A DNA stretch of 63,655 nucleotides, the filler included, from Aduncisulcus paluster (taxonomy: Eukaryota): the NCBI GenBank assembly GCA_024181965.1. It is 5 parts of 5 records of this genome, joined end to end, with 100 filler letters (N's around TTAATTAATTAA, not from the genome) between each part and the next. Parts side by side here need not be neighbours in the genome. Positions count along the whole stretch, not along the records: positions 41,471 to 54,755 come from BQXS01011662.1; positions 54,856 to 63,655 come from BQXS01011664.1; 3 more parts are not named here. The stretch is one strand, 5' to 3'. The notes under the pieces were generated by a model. That model saw nothing but the letters and a program-made list of their open reading frames with translations, was not told the DNA's origin and did not search any database. Position 1 is the first letter of the stretch. Every line of letters starts with the position of its first letter. Position numbers and translations under genes: made by a program. Positions 48,402-60,208 of this stretch are shown here, in pieces.

Positions 48402-50718
48402 GTTGATGATCAAGCCTGTCAAAACATGATTTTTAATAAAAAAAAAACAAGCCATATTTATTCTAATAGTATTTTGGTTCATTATTATTAAAATAAATAT
48501 ATTTGCGTAATAAAAAACTAATCAATTGGAAGCAATAGCCTATTAATTCATGAAAAGCAACTGTTTCTCACCTGAGCAGAGAAATACAGAACATAGCATC
48601 AATATCATAAGCTAGATAACTATTTATAAAGAATGAAAAAGGTACATAATCTTAGAGATATTTTTTGGTAGAGGTTCACCCACTTTTCTCAGCCACCGCC
48701 GGTGGAAAGTTTGTATTTTTTTTTTTTTTGTTTTTGTTTTGGGAAAAAAATATAATAAAGAAATGTACAGTGCAACCACCGTACAGGGGGGACCCCCACG
48801 GATGGGGGTAAAAGGGGGGAATTTTACTCATAGATAGATAGGAGATTGGTGAAGTGAAGAATAAAAAGAATAGATTTCATAGGACCAGACCCAGTTCTAG
48901 TTCTCTTCTTATGATTCAAAGAAAAGAGAAAAGCTTGGATTCGGCAAAACAAAGGAAAGATCACGAATCGAGAATCATCATCCAAGAATAAGATGATGTG
49001 ACACACAGATTGGGGGAACAGCATTGTTGTTATTGATGTAATTGATGTTATTGATGTGTTATTCGAGATTCAAATGAGTTAAGCGAGGGGCAGTTGTGTC
49101 AATTTCTCAATTATTTTCAGAGACAATGGGTGGAAACCAGGAGCAACGAACAGAACCAGAAAGTTGAGTGTTTTAAGTTTGTAGCTGCATTTTAGGGAGT
49201 AGAATGGCAAATATCAAACGTTTGAGTTCAGTTTTATGTCAATAAAAATAACAATAAGGTATCAAAAGGTTCGAGAATCAAACAGATAGCATTGACCCAC
49301 AATAACAAGTTGTGGAGAGAATAATGGCATGAACTTCGAATTGTAATGAGTTTAAGCTCCGTTTTTATCGTGATATTCCAGGAATATCGGGGAAAATATT
49401 CTTTAGAGGTACAATGAAGATGTTATGAAGCATTGTATAAAGGGGGGAAGCAAATCAATAAATGCATGCCATTTGCTCCACAAGATGTTTTTGGGATTAA
49501 ATTAGATCTTTTATCGTGTTTTAGCCTCTTATTCTCATCGATAAAAAAATCATTCCAAAAAAGAGCATAAAACATCATATTTAGATGTTTGGGATCTAAT
49601 ATTTCAGTTATTAGCAATCAGCAGGAATTCATTTGGGTGAGAATCACTATAAATAAAGATGTATATAGCAACAAAACTAAACTTGACGAATCTGAAGTTC
49701 TGGATAATGCATTAATTTTGCTAATATTGATGATTTTATTGGTTAAAAAAGATTAAATCATGGTTATTGTTATTTTTATTAAAAGTGTATGATTTCTAAG
49801 CCCAGGGATGGAAATGTGTTAAAAAACAGCTGATAAACTTGTCACGGGAGATAATCTCGAAGAATTATAGCATTTATTGTAAGTAAATACAAGAAAAAGT
49901 TTTTAATATAAAGAGATTGCAACCATTCAATGGAAGAAGTGACTTCTTGATTTATCTCTATTAGGACGTGTTGGAACTCATTCTTTTCGTCTAAATATGT
50001 GATATAACATGACAATGTTAGTTCTTATTGATAATTATTCCCCCGGCGAAATGAAAGAAGAAGGTGAATCAAAAAGCTTTGGATCAGAATTCCTACTCCC
50101 TTCTTATTCACGGTCAATTTCTTAAATCTAGAAGTTGCTAAACCTTTGTGCCTCCAAACGATGGGTATTCAACCCCAACTCCAAGTACAGAATCGATTTC
50201 CAAGATCTACAGACGTATGAAAAATGACAGTGAATAAACAATTCAATATACAGCATGTGGAGATGATAATAATAATTAAAAATTAGTAACCATTAATGGG
50301 CTTCAAGAATAAAAATGTGATTCAGATCCAGAACAACGAAAATCGTTCAAATTATGAAATTCACCATTTTGGGTCAACCAAGGATATTTTTATCTTAAAT
50401 AATTGATGGATATTAATATTCCAGACATAAAATCTTATCATGGCAATTTAGACCAGATAAAATTTTGTGGGAAACTCGCAAGAACAACTGATGGATTCGT
50501 GGGTGGAATTTTGCACTTCAAGCTCAAACATGATTCAGATGGGAATCCNNNNNNNNNNNNNNNNNNNNTGTGGAGATGATAATAATAATTAAAAATTAGT
50601 AACCATTAATGGGCTTCAAGAATAAAAATGTGATTCAGATCCAGAACAACGAAAATCGTTCAAATTATGAAATTCACCATTTTGGGTCAACCAAGGATAT
50701 TTTTATCTTAAATAATTG

Positions 50719-53700
50719 ATGGATATTAATATTCCAGACATAAAATCTTATCATGGCAATTTAGACCAGATAAAATTTTGTGGGAAACTCGCAAGAACAA
50801 CTGATGGATTCGTGGGTGGAATTTTGCACTTCAAGCTCAAACATGATTCAGATGGGAATCCGGATTTTGATATCTGTCCTTTAATCGATGAACAATCTTA
50901 TTCCATCCTATTTCCACAGTGTAGGAGTTCTTCCATAAAAGAACCTCATTTTGTACAGAACTCGGGTTTTGGAGGGATAAATCGCACTAGAATTGAAACT
51001 CCCCAGCATATCTTCGCATTTGACAAGGATAATGATCCTTTTACAAAACAATTGAAAGTTGGGTTCGGAACTGTCAAAGGAATCGCTGGTATCGAGAGCT
51101 TTTGTCTCCATTGTGGCAACAAGGAGTATGTAATCTCTCGGTTCCCCCCAGCCATGACCAAAGATGAGAATAATGTGCTTATCTGTGCCCGAAAGTATGG
51201 ATCCGGACAACCATTCGAACCTATGTGGGAAGTTGTCAAACCGTCTGCATGTATGTCCTCCCCTGTGAGTGGGTTAGAAGAAACACCAAAGAAAGAGGAA
51301 GAGGAGGAGACAGGCGAGAAAATGGACTCCCCGAGTATGTCCTCGGTTCCTTCCATCCGTCTTCCTGTCATGTCCACGTATAAAAATGCATTCGGTTCAT
51401 TGTTGACAGCAATCCCGCATATAGTGTCCTCAAAGCACAGGGATTTCTTGTTGACGAGCTCAAACAAGTGTCTTGAAGTGAACTTTAATATTGTTCGGAA
51501 ATGTTATGAACTTGTGCCTATCTCCCCCAAAAAGCTTCCTCCATGGATCCAAGGGTTTGAGTCCTTCAAGGATGAGCTCATCAACGAATATGAGACANNN
51601 NNNNNNNNNNNNNNNNNCCGGACAACCATTCGAACCTATGTGGGAAGTTGTCAAACCGTCTGCATGTATGTCCTCCCCTGTGAGTGGGTTAGAAGAAACA
51701 CCAAAGAAAGAGGAAGAGGAGGAGACAGGCGAGAAAATGGACTCCCCGAGTATGTCCTCGGTTCCTTCCATCCGTCTTCCTGTCATGTCCACGTATAAAA
51801 ATGCATTCGGTTCATTGTTGACAGCAATCCCGCATATAGTGTCCTCAAAGCACAGGGATTTCTTGTTGACGAGCTCAAACAAGTGTCTTGAAGTGAACTT
51901 TAATATTGTTCGGAAATGTTATGAACTTGTGCCTATCTCCCCCAAAAAGCTTCCTCCATGGATCCAAGGGTTTGAGTCCTTCAAGGATGAGCTCATCAAC
52001 GAATATGAGACATGTTTGGAGAAACGGATTGAATTGGGAACAGCTGTTGGATTTCCAAATCTCAAATCGTCGCCCAAATTTTTACATGCAAAACGATCAA
52101 CATCCAAACCATCACCATTCACTTTTGGAGGAGCTTCTGCGTTCAATCAACCCAAATCAGCTTTTAGGGGGGTTTCACTGCCCAAAGTGGATAGTCTGAA
52201 GGTCTCCATTCAGCATTGTTGTATTGTTCGTGGATGGAATCTTGCACAAGGTCCAATCATCTGTGTATCGTGGAAAGTCCACACCCATGCTATGATATCA
52301 CACAAACATATCAATCAATCACAATATCCCTCTATGATGGAGATTCTCGACGGAGTCATAAAAGGGACCATCAACACTATGAAACGCAGGGTATCCGTGG
52401 GAGGTTTTGGATCTTCTTCTGAAACTGTTGCAGATTTGATGAAGAAATCCCAATGGAAAGAACTGATAGATCTTAAGTGCCGTGTGAAAGATATGAGAAT
52501 AACCTCTCCATCAAAAGCCAATCCAAAGTCAGGATTTGGATATTCAAGATTAGGATCATCATCAATGTCTGCTGACAGAACATCCATTGCCGCATTCAAT
52601 GGAAGCTCCCTCATATCAATAAGTGGAGAAATCCTTGCCCATGTTCCCGACTGCCATGTTGGTGTTGGATTTGGACATCGAGACCGTTTGTACATGTTTT
52701 CACATTCGATTGATTCCCCCTGTTGTCGAGTGTTGCTCCCTGAAGATGACACAAAAGATGTCATTGCAAAGGATTCCCTTCATAAGGCACCCGTTGAAGT
52801 TGAGAAACTCCGTATTGGAGACATTGTTCCATCTGATGGATGGGATATGAGTGTTCAGTTTGTTCCCTTGGTGTTGCGTGAGATAGTCTGGAAAGCTGGT
52901 TGCCAATATCCTATAAGGTCATTATTTGGAACTTCTTCAGAAGAGAAAAGGATGAAACTGAACTTTGACATACTGAAATGTATCCTTTTGGAAGATACTT
53001 TCGCTTCCATTGGATCTGTTGGGAAGGAAGGATATCTTGTCCATGGAGCCCTTCCTCACTCATATGCTATTGATCGTGGCTGTTCGAAGGAAGGAGATGT
53101 CTCTGATGACGGTGAAGTGGATCTACTGGTCCATGGACACACTGGGTGCAAGCATGTATCCCTTGTTGAGATGAAGCAGATATGTGCCATCAATCGAGCA
53201 CTGCGATCCACGGGTTTGTCTGGTGGTTTCCATCCCATTCTTCCCAAGGATATATTCTTCTCTATTGGACTCAATCAAACGACTGACACCCTCAGAGCCA
53301 CGCTAATCGATCGAACATCACTTATCAAGGCTTCTTCCACCCCACTTGTGTATAACAAGCAGGACTTTGCTATATCTGAGACGCTTCCTCCTGTCTCATT
53401 CCCATTGTTTTCCACTGAAGCGTGGAAGAATGGATTTGAACAAGTCGACTTTGAGCTAAAACTTGGCGACTTATCTGGTCAGCACATCCACCATACGTAT
53501 GTCAGAAAGCATCATCGCAAGCATTACAAACTTGTGTATGGAACATCACAGTGTCCAGACAGCCTTCGTTCCACATCGTTCTCACCCATTTCTCTGTCTG
53601 ACCTGAACAAGATGGGTGGCATCCCACTCTGGGTGTGTGTTGGTAGCATGATCCTTGAGTGTATCTGTTATGGGATTAGTTATGATCAGTATGCTGATTT

Positions 53701-54755
53701 TCATGAGTGTGTATCCCGTGAGGAGATGCTGAGTTATGTCAGTGAGGACGAGTGTAAGCAGCAGATGCTTAGAGATGTCGAATCATTAAAGAGTGGTGTG
53801 ATGTCAGTGAAGGAGGTTGAACATGACAAGGAGGAAGAATCCACAACCCTTGTTGAGAAAGAAGAGGAAGAAGAGGCTGAGAAGGAAGTTCGTGTGAGTA
53901 AGGATGTATCTTCTTCTTCTGATATGGGAACAGATGTATCTTGTATGAACAATTGTCCTTCATTCATTATCTGTAAGAGATTCGACAAAGATATTACTAT
54001 TCGTTATAAGTCGACTCAAGTACCTTTCTTATTGGACACCTCATTCGTCTCATGGATTGGAATTCCTATCCTTGAGTCCAGTCCTGGAGAAGATCTGAGC
54101 AAACCAATGGGAGTCATCTCTCAGTTGCATTCAAGTATCATGGCAGCAAAGCGTCCAGTTCAACCATCTGGGTTTTCCTTTGGTCAATCTGGTGGAAGTG
54201 GCTTTGGACAATCCAGTGGTGGGTTTGGAGGCTTTGGACAAACTCCTGCAGCGGTTCCACATTCAGGAAGTGGATTCGGAGGCTTTGGACAACCCAGTGG
54301 AGGTGGATTCGGACAACCAAGTAGTAGCTTTGGACAATCAGGTGGGTTCGGAGGCTTTGGACAAACTCCAGCAGCGGTTTCACATTCAGGAAGTGGGTTC
54401 GGAGGCTTTGGACAACCAAGTAGTAGCTTTGGCCAATCTGGTGGAGTTGGTAGCTTTGGACAATCAGGTGGAAGTGGCTTTGGACAGACATCTGGTTTCT
54501 CCTTTAGCCAACCTGGTGGAGGATTTGGTGGCTTTAGACAAACTCCTGCCGCGGCTGCTCATTCTGACACTACACCATCAAAGCCAACAACTAAGTATGG
54601 AAAAGCCCTTATTTCTCAAATTGAAAAGGCAAAGAAGCTGAAGAAGCACGCCTGTGTGAAGTCTTTGTCCATCGATTCTTATGATCGTAAGATATTTGGT
54701 GCTGCATTATTTTGCTCTGATAAGGAATGCACTGTTGAAGTTCTGCCTGATATTC
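50719..54755 (+). CDS. Large protein with an internal FG/GFG repeat block, 3' truncated; split by the 51598 gap
   Basis: ORFs 50716-51798 and 51491-54811 join through the duplicated flank. Globular Cys-containing regions plus FG repeats. Confidence 0.75.
54169..54545 (+). repeat. Coding FG repeats (GFGGFGQ, SFGQ) with a higher-order duplication
   Basis: GGFGGFGQTPAAV(P/S)HSGSGFGGFGQPS occurs twice; many GGCTTTGGACAA units. Confidence 0.9.
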
Positions 54756-54855
54756 NNNNNNNNNNNNNNNNNNNNNNNNNNNNNNNNNNNNNNNNNNNNT
54801 TAATTAATTAANNNNNNNNNNNNNNNNNNNNNNNNNNNNNNNNNNNNNNNNNNNN
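54756..54855. other. Artificial scaffold linker
   Basis: N44-TTAATTAATTAA-N44. Confidence 0.98.
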
Positions 54856-55268
54856 TGAGATCACCGACTTTCTTCTCAAGCCTGGCTATAATTGGATGAT
54901 CTTTGGCAAGGATTTTATCACGTTTGTCCTCAGATTTCCTTAATTGTTCCAACTGAAGATACACGCGTCTATATTTAGCTTCCTCGGTGGCCAATCTATT
55001 TTTAATCTCTCGATTCTGTTTTTCTGTCAATAATAAACGACCTTTCAATGCAACTTCTGAACTCTGAAGCGCACTAATAGTTGTTTGAGCTTTCTTCTCA
55101 CGCGTTTTTACAAGCTGTAGTTCCTTCACAACAGCATTGACTTTCCTATTCCACTCAGCTTCAGCTCTAACTCTTCTCATGGATTCTGATTCTTCTCCTT
55201 TCAGACCAGAAGTAACACTTAATGAAGACCTACGACCTCCACTTGGTCCAATAACAAGGTTTCCATCT
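54856..55268 (-). CDS. Coiled-coil gene fragment
   Basis: Open frame DGNLVIGPSGGRRSS...MRRVRAEAEWNRKV runs to the scaffold end. It begins abruptly after TAA TGA, which suggests 5' truncation. Confidence 0.5.
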
Positions 55269-55399
55269 CATTAAATTATATTTCTGGAATGAAACCTTTT
55301 TGGATGATTGAAGTCAAGGTTACACGATTTTTGACCCCCATCAAAAATTTTGCTAGCATTTGTCAGGAAGATTTATATGCATGGAGCAGCAACATTGTT

Positions 55400-56050
55400 A
55401 GGCCTTACCACACATTAAAAATTGGCTAGCATTAAAAAGAAGACCAATGGTAATCTTGCTGAATCGAGACAATCAGTTTCCAAACCAGCGTGGATGGAGT
55501 GGCAGTGTGAATCGTTACTCAACACCTCAATATGATTGGCATTCATGATCTTAAGCAACTTGGAGTCAAGGTCAGGGTAGAGCTATAACGCCCAACGAGG
55601 GGTAAGCTTTGAGGACATCGATCTCCTCTTCTGTGGTCTTGATGACACCATTCGTACATGAGGTCTCAACAAGGCCTTCAACAACAGTGGGTGTGGGATC
55701 ATACATTGTGGACCGTTGTGGACCAGCAAGTGTGAAGAAGGAGGAAGTCAATAAGACTCTCAGTGCAAGCCTTGTTCATAGGAGGGGGATTGTGATCTTG
55801 ACATCTGTAGGAGTCACAGTATTACTGTTAGTAACAAATGTATTGTGATCAGTCTTCTTGAACATATTCTTGAGGAAGTGACTCAAGAGTTCTCGAGGAG
55901 TTCACCTCCAAGCTTGGTTACAAACTCAGTAATAAGCTCAGTATCAAACTCAGCAAAATTCTCGGTTTCAGGCGACTTTATGAGTGATCAATTGGAACAC
56001 GGAAGTTCAATGCCTACCGTAAATATGAGAGAGCTGTCAAGAAGTAGCCA
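55400..56050 (-). pseudogene. pepD: Aminoacyl-histidine dipeptidase (PepD, peptidase M20C) pseudogene, C-terminal part
   Basis: My minus-strand translation gives VEGLVETSCTNGVIKTTEEEIDV, AYP...PDLDSKLLK and SIHAGLE in PepD order, interrupted by stops and frameshifts. Confidence 0.75.
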
Positions 56051-56260
56051 ATGACAAGTCATCCTATACTCTCATCCTCATCCCAAAAGGAAGCGACATA
56101 TATATCCAGGGTTATAATTCTTAAACTATTGTAAACTGCAAACTGCACTATCAATAAACACATTGTATAGACCATCGATTGTTTTTAAATAATTCACACG
56201 CATTATTCTAATTAAATATAAAAAAAATAAAAATAAAAATATTAATTGTGATTTATGAAA

Positions 56261-57493
56261 TTACAAAACATCCAAAACCAATTCTTTGCGAGCTGAAGAA
56301 CCACCAATTTGTCGTTTCACACACAATGAAACAAACCTGGCCTTTACGATACCTTTCTCATCGTTCCAGATGATAAACTTATGATCCCCACAAGAAACAA
56401 TCGTGGAAGAAGCCGGGAAACGTGTCAAGAAATATAATTGAGGATCAAGAGTGAAAAAACAGATTGAATCGCGTCGAAACCATTCATAAATGCCAATGTT
56501 TGACGTTAACATTTCGGGGAAAGAGTCCACTTCACATTGATGAAATTCCTTAAATGATTTCCATGTTGAAACGTCAATAAACTCCGGATAAATCTTTCGA
56601 TGCAACCTGACAGTCAAGAACCGACCACAAGGTGTGAAAGAATGGAGACGTCCTTTGGTTTTGAATACTATCTTACATTTATCGAGATTAAGAACAAATA
56701 TTTTATCGGAATCGCTGACACGATATGCCAATATGTTCATAGTTGGATGGAAAATCATTCGATTGATTGAACCTTTTTTCTTCCACTTCATCTTTCCAAA
56801 CCTATCATAAATTGATATTTGTTTCGGTGATCCCAAACATATTTTGTTATCTCTTGATGTCAACACGAGATTGAACTTTCCTTTTATAAACGATGTCTCC
56901 TTTGAGAGTCCATTAACGATATGAAGATCTTTCGGAGAAGATAGATATGTAATGGGATCATAACATGGTATGTAAAGCAAATCAAACCCTTTGTTGGCTT
57001 CATCATCATCCTTGGGGCTGTCCAACGTTGGAGAATGAGATCGAGATCGAGATCGAGGTCGAGATCGAGGTCGGGTGAGAACATGAGAACCACGAGAAGC
57101 ACGAGAACCATGAGAACCACGAGAAGCACGAGAAGCATGAGAAGCATGAGAAGCACGAGTAAGAGGAACTCGCTCAGTAGGAGCAGATAAGAGAGCCATT
57201 TCACAGCCATATATCATGGAAGGGATCAATAAAAGCATTTCTTTCGAGAAAAAATCAAAGACAATGATGAAAAACGCAAGTTCTTCTTGGAGAAGGAAAG
57301 CGACATAATGGTTGCACGGAGAAAAACAACACGAACAAATCTTGGAAAAATGGATTGGAGAAGAGAAAGAAAACGCAATGTGGCTAATTACATCCCAAAG
57401 AAGAATAATATCTCGATCATCGCCCTTGTTTTGCAAAACAACGTATTGAGGGTTTTGGGATATACCAATTCTGGGGATAGAAGACGATATCAT
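56261..57493 (-). CDS. Divergent beta-propeller (WD40-like) protein with a HAS/RAS/RS repeat insert
   Basis: CCFSPCNHYVAF, MIFHPTMNILAY and SFTPCGRFLTV blade-like motifs; 9-bp and 6-bp repeats at ~57038-57157. Confidence 0.65.
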   Translation of the reverse strand: MISSSIPRIGISQNPQYVVLQNKGDDRDIILLWDVISHIAFSFSSPIHFSKICSCCFSPCNHYVAFLLQEELAFFIIVFDFFSKEMLLLIPSMIYGCEMALLSAPTERVPLTRASHASHASRASRGSHGSRASRGSHVLTRPRSRPRSRSRSHSPTLDSPKDDDEANKGFDLLYIPCYDPITYLSSPKDLHIVNGLSKETSFIKGKFNLVLTSRDNKICLGSPKQISIYDRFGKMKWKKKGSINRMIFHPTMNILAYRVSDSDKIFVLNLDKCKIVFKTKGRLHSFTPCGRFLTVRLHRKIYPEFIDVSTWKSFKEFHQCEVDSFPEMLTSNIGIYEWFRRDSICFFTLDPQLYFLTRFPASSTIVSCGDHKFIIWNDEKGIVKARFVSLCVKRQIGGSSARKELVLDVL

Positions 57494-57525
57494 GACAAAT
57501 AAATGTTTTTAGGGGAGTGGGGGGA

Positions 57526-58268
57526 TATTTTCAAATAATAATGCCAATAAAGTGATGGAAAAATGTGAAAATGAGAATAAAATGATGAATTTAAACGATT
57601 TATAAAATATGGAATTAACTACAATAATTCACAAAAAGTTCAATCGTCTAATTTGAAATATTCAATTTAATTGTCGGAGAAAACAAGGATCAGGAATGAC
57701 TAATGGATTCGAAAGAAAGGTGACATGATTTCTCTCTCTTCAAACGGCAACAATTCAAAGAAAAGAAAATTATTGGCCAAAGTATAAATTAAAAAACCAT
57801 ATTAGTGGTATCTTTTGCTTTGTATGTTCGATAAAAATTGAAAAAAAGTAACGATTAACGCCAGAATAGCCACTCATATGTCAGTTTGTATTCTAGTTAC
57901 AAAGAGGCAAAGTTATTGAAGAAATCGGCATTTATCATTCAAATAAAAGCATTTTCCTTGTCATAAAAGGAAGAATAGTTTCATATAGGCAAAAAACAAA
58001 GAAAATTCAAAATGGAACAACAACAGCGAGTACCATATAAAAATTAATCCGCATAATACATATAGTAAATGCAATAGATGGTTTAAAATTGGATGCAGAA
58101 GGAATATTCAATCAGCCAGAAGTCCAGAATTGAAAACTTGCACTTTTCGTCACAATCCTATTATAAGAAAGCGATTTCTCAAGAGATTATTAAATTTCAA
58201 TAATTTATATTTCTCTTAATCTGTATTATCGCGGTATTTTCAAATAATAATGCCAATAAAGTGATGGA
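57526..58268. repeat. Perfect 34-bp direct repeat (57526-57559 and 58235-58268)
   Basis: TATTTTCAAATAATAATGCCAATAAAGTGATGGA occurs twice, 709 bp apart, with no N gap between. Confidence 0.9.
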
Positions 58269-59438
58269 GAATAACGTGGTATGTAATACTATGACAGCTA
58301 GTAGCAAATAATAAATTATTAAAAGACATTTAATGATAAAACAATGCTTACCAACACCTACTATCAAAATATCTTTTCGATCAAACATAATATTCCATAC
58401 TTTCACCTACAGATAGTCATCAATCAATTGATGGCATAGTATAGTATAGTATAAGCAATGGAGAGAAATCTTTTCAGACGATACCGTTTTCACCTAATGG
58501 TTAGTATAGAATAGTTCAGTAGAGAGCTCTTGGATACGAAATGTGGGAAGTATGATGTATTTGGTTGAGTCGACCATGACAAGTTGTCAACCATTGAAAA
58601 ATGTCGATGGATATTGTGGAGATTCTTTTCTTTTCCTTCTTCTGTTTCTTCATATAAAATAACAACATTGGCTGTGTAAAGAACATAGAGAGAATGGAAT
58701 AACAGGGTGATAAGATACACAACGGATATAACGATGCATGCGTGGAGAGAGAGAGAGTTCAAGAGTGATATAACTTGAATGAAGGCTAGTATTAAGTGTT
58801 ATGTTGGGGGTAAAGATCAAATGGGACTGTAATAGTTGCCATTCTTTGAGAATAATGTATGATAATTTCGAAGAATACTACTAGTATCCCTAGTAGGGAT
58901 TGTGAAGTCTTTTGGCTGAGCAGCAGATATGATTATTAGTTATTATTCATATGAAATAGAGTTTATATCATTGATAATATTAGAATTATCAAGCAAGAAT
59001 AGGAGTATACTCGAAAAAATGGTCAAGGTCGACAACGAAATCTCTTTGATTTTAAACATTTTCAACTTTAAAATAAAATAATTTTCTTCTAATTAATTCT
59101 CTAAAGAAATGTTGTTGAATTCAAGAAAACCATTGATCGGAAAGTTGATCTGTGCCTCCAAATATTCAAATACTTTTCGATATTTGAATATTTTGTCAAA
59201 TTATAGATGCCCGGTAACTCTTTGAAAAATGATGATTTTCCCATAATAAAGAACAATAAACAAGAAATAATATCCAGAAAAAAAATGATTTTGCACAAAA
59301 ATTATATAAATAAATCAATTAAAATAAATAAATTTCATGGTTTTATAACATCCCCAAAAATGTAGATTATCTCCCCAAAACAAAAATGAAAATCCCACTT
59401 CAAAATATTATCTTTTGTCGGACTATATAATTTATAAA

Positions 59439-59876
59439 CTGAAATTGTCGTTTGTTTTTATCGTGTTTGCGACATTATTGTGTTTTGCATTGGCTTCTTC
59501 ACCGTGTGACACCTGTTCGAAGGGAACATGTACAATAACCTATTATTCACAGACGTGTACTTGTCCATGGTTATACGCTCAGTGGTCTGGTACCACCCTG
59601 CTATGTGATTCTGTTGTCGGATGGAAACTGGCACTGGTAATTGTAGGACCAATCGTTGTTATTGGAGGGATCGTTGCCGCGGTAATAATCCAAAAGAAAA
59701 AGAAAGCAGCGGGGCCACCTATTTTATCTCCTGGAATGGGTCCATATTCAACATTTAGCACACAACCTGGTATGCCTGGAATGCCTGGAATGCCAGGTAT
59801 GCCTGGACAACAACCTGGAATACCCGGACAACAACCTCAAGTACCAAATCAAATGCCCACCTATATCAAGATGTAA
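59439..59876 (+). CDS. Small type-I membrane protein: signal peptide, EGF-like Cys domain, TM helix, PGM/PGQ-rich tail
   Basis: KLSFVFIVFATLLCFALA signal, C..C..GTC...CTC...C, TM LALVIVGPIVVIGGIVAAVII, KKKK stop-transfer. No in-frame ATG upstream; CTG at 59439. Confidence 0.75.
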   Translation: MKLSFVFIVFATLLCFALASSPCDTCSKGTCTITYYSQTCTCPWLYAQWSGTTLLCDSVVGWKLALVIVGPIVVIGGIVAAVIIQKKKKAAGPPILSPGMGPYSTFSTQPGMPGMPGMPGMPGQQPGIPGQQPQVPNQMPTYIKM

Positions 59877-60208
59877 TAGTTCTGTGCCACAGAATTATAA
59901 CTAACCAGTGATTATTATCTCAGATTAGTATCAAGAAAATCGCAAGATGACGGATACAAGTAAATTTTTGTGGTTTGAAAACGGTTTTTTCGTCTGTATA
60001 CAAATATCAATTGAACGAAAACAATAGGAAACGCTATGTTTTTACTATTGCGCGAAATTATTTACTTTCAGAAATAAAAAACTCATTTTCTTTTCTAATT
60101 GCTCATTTATAAGAAATTTATATAACATAGAGCGATTTTAAATAATTAATTCGGGTGATTGGAAAAGTTGATGGTTTGTCGGTAGTCTAGAACCAAATAT
60201 AACTTTTT

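Noticed and set aside
54169..54545. CRISPR-like array (also considered 1011-1098 and 57038-57157)
   Set aside because: The repeats are in-frame coding, have no unique spacers and no cas genes, in a eukaryotic context.
10893..54855. TTAATTAATTAA palindromes flanked by N runs (four copies) as biological repeats
   Set aside because: These are fixed 100-bp six-frame-stop linkers. Complete scaffold lengths decrease (16.1, 14.2, 13.3 kb), so adjacency across them is meaningless.
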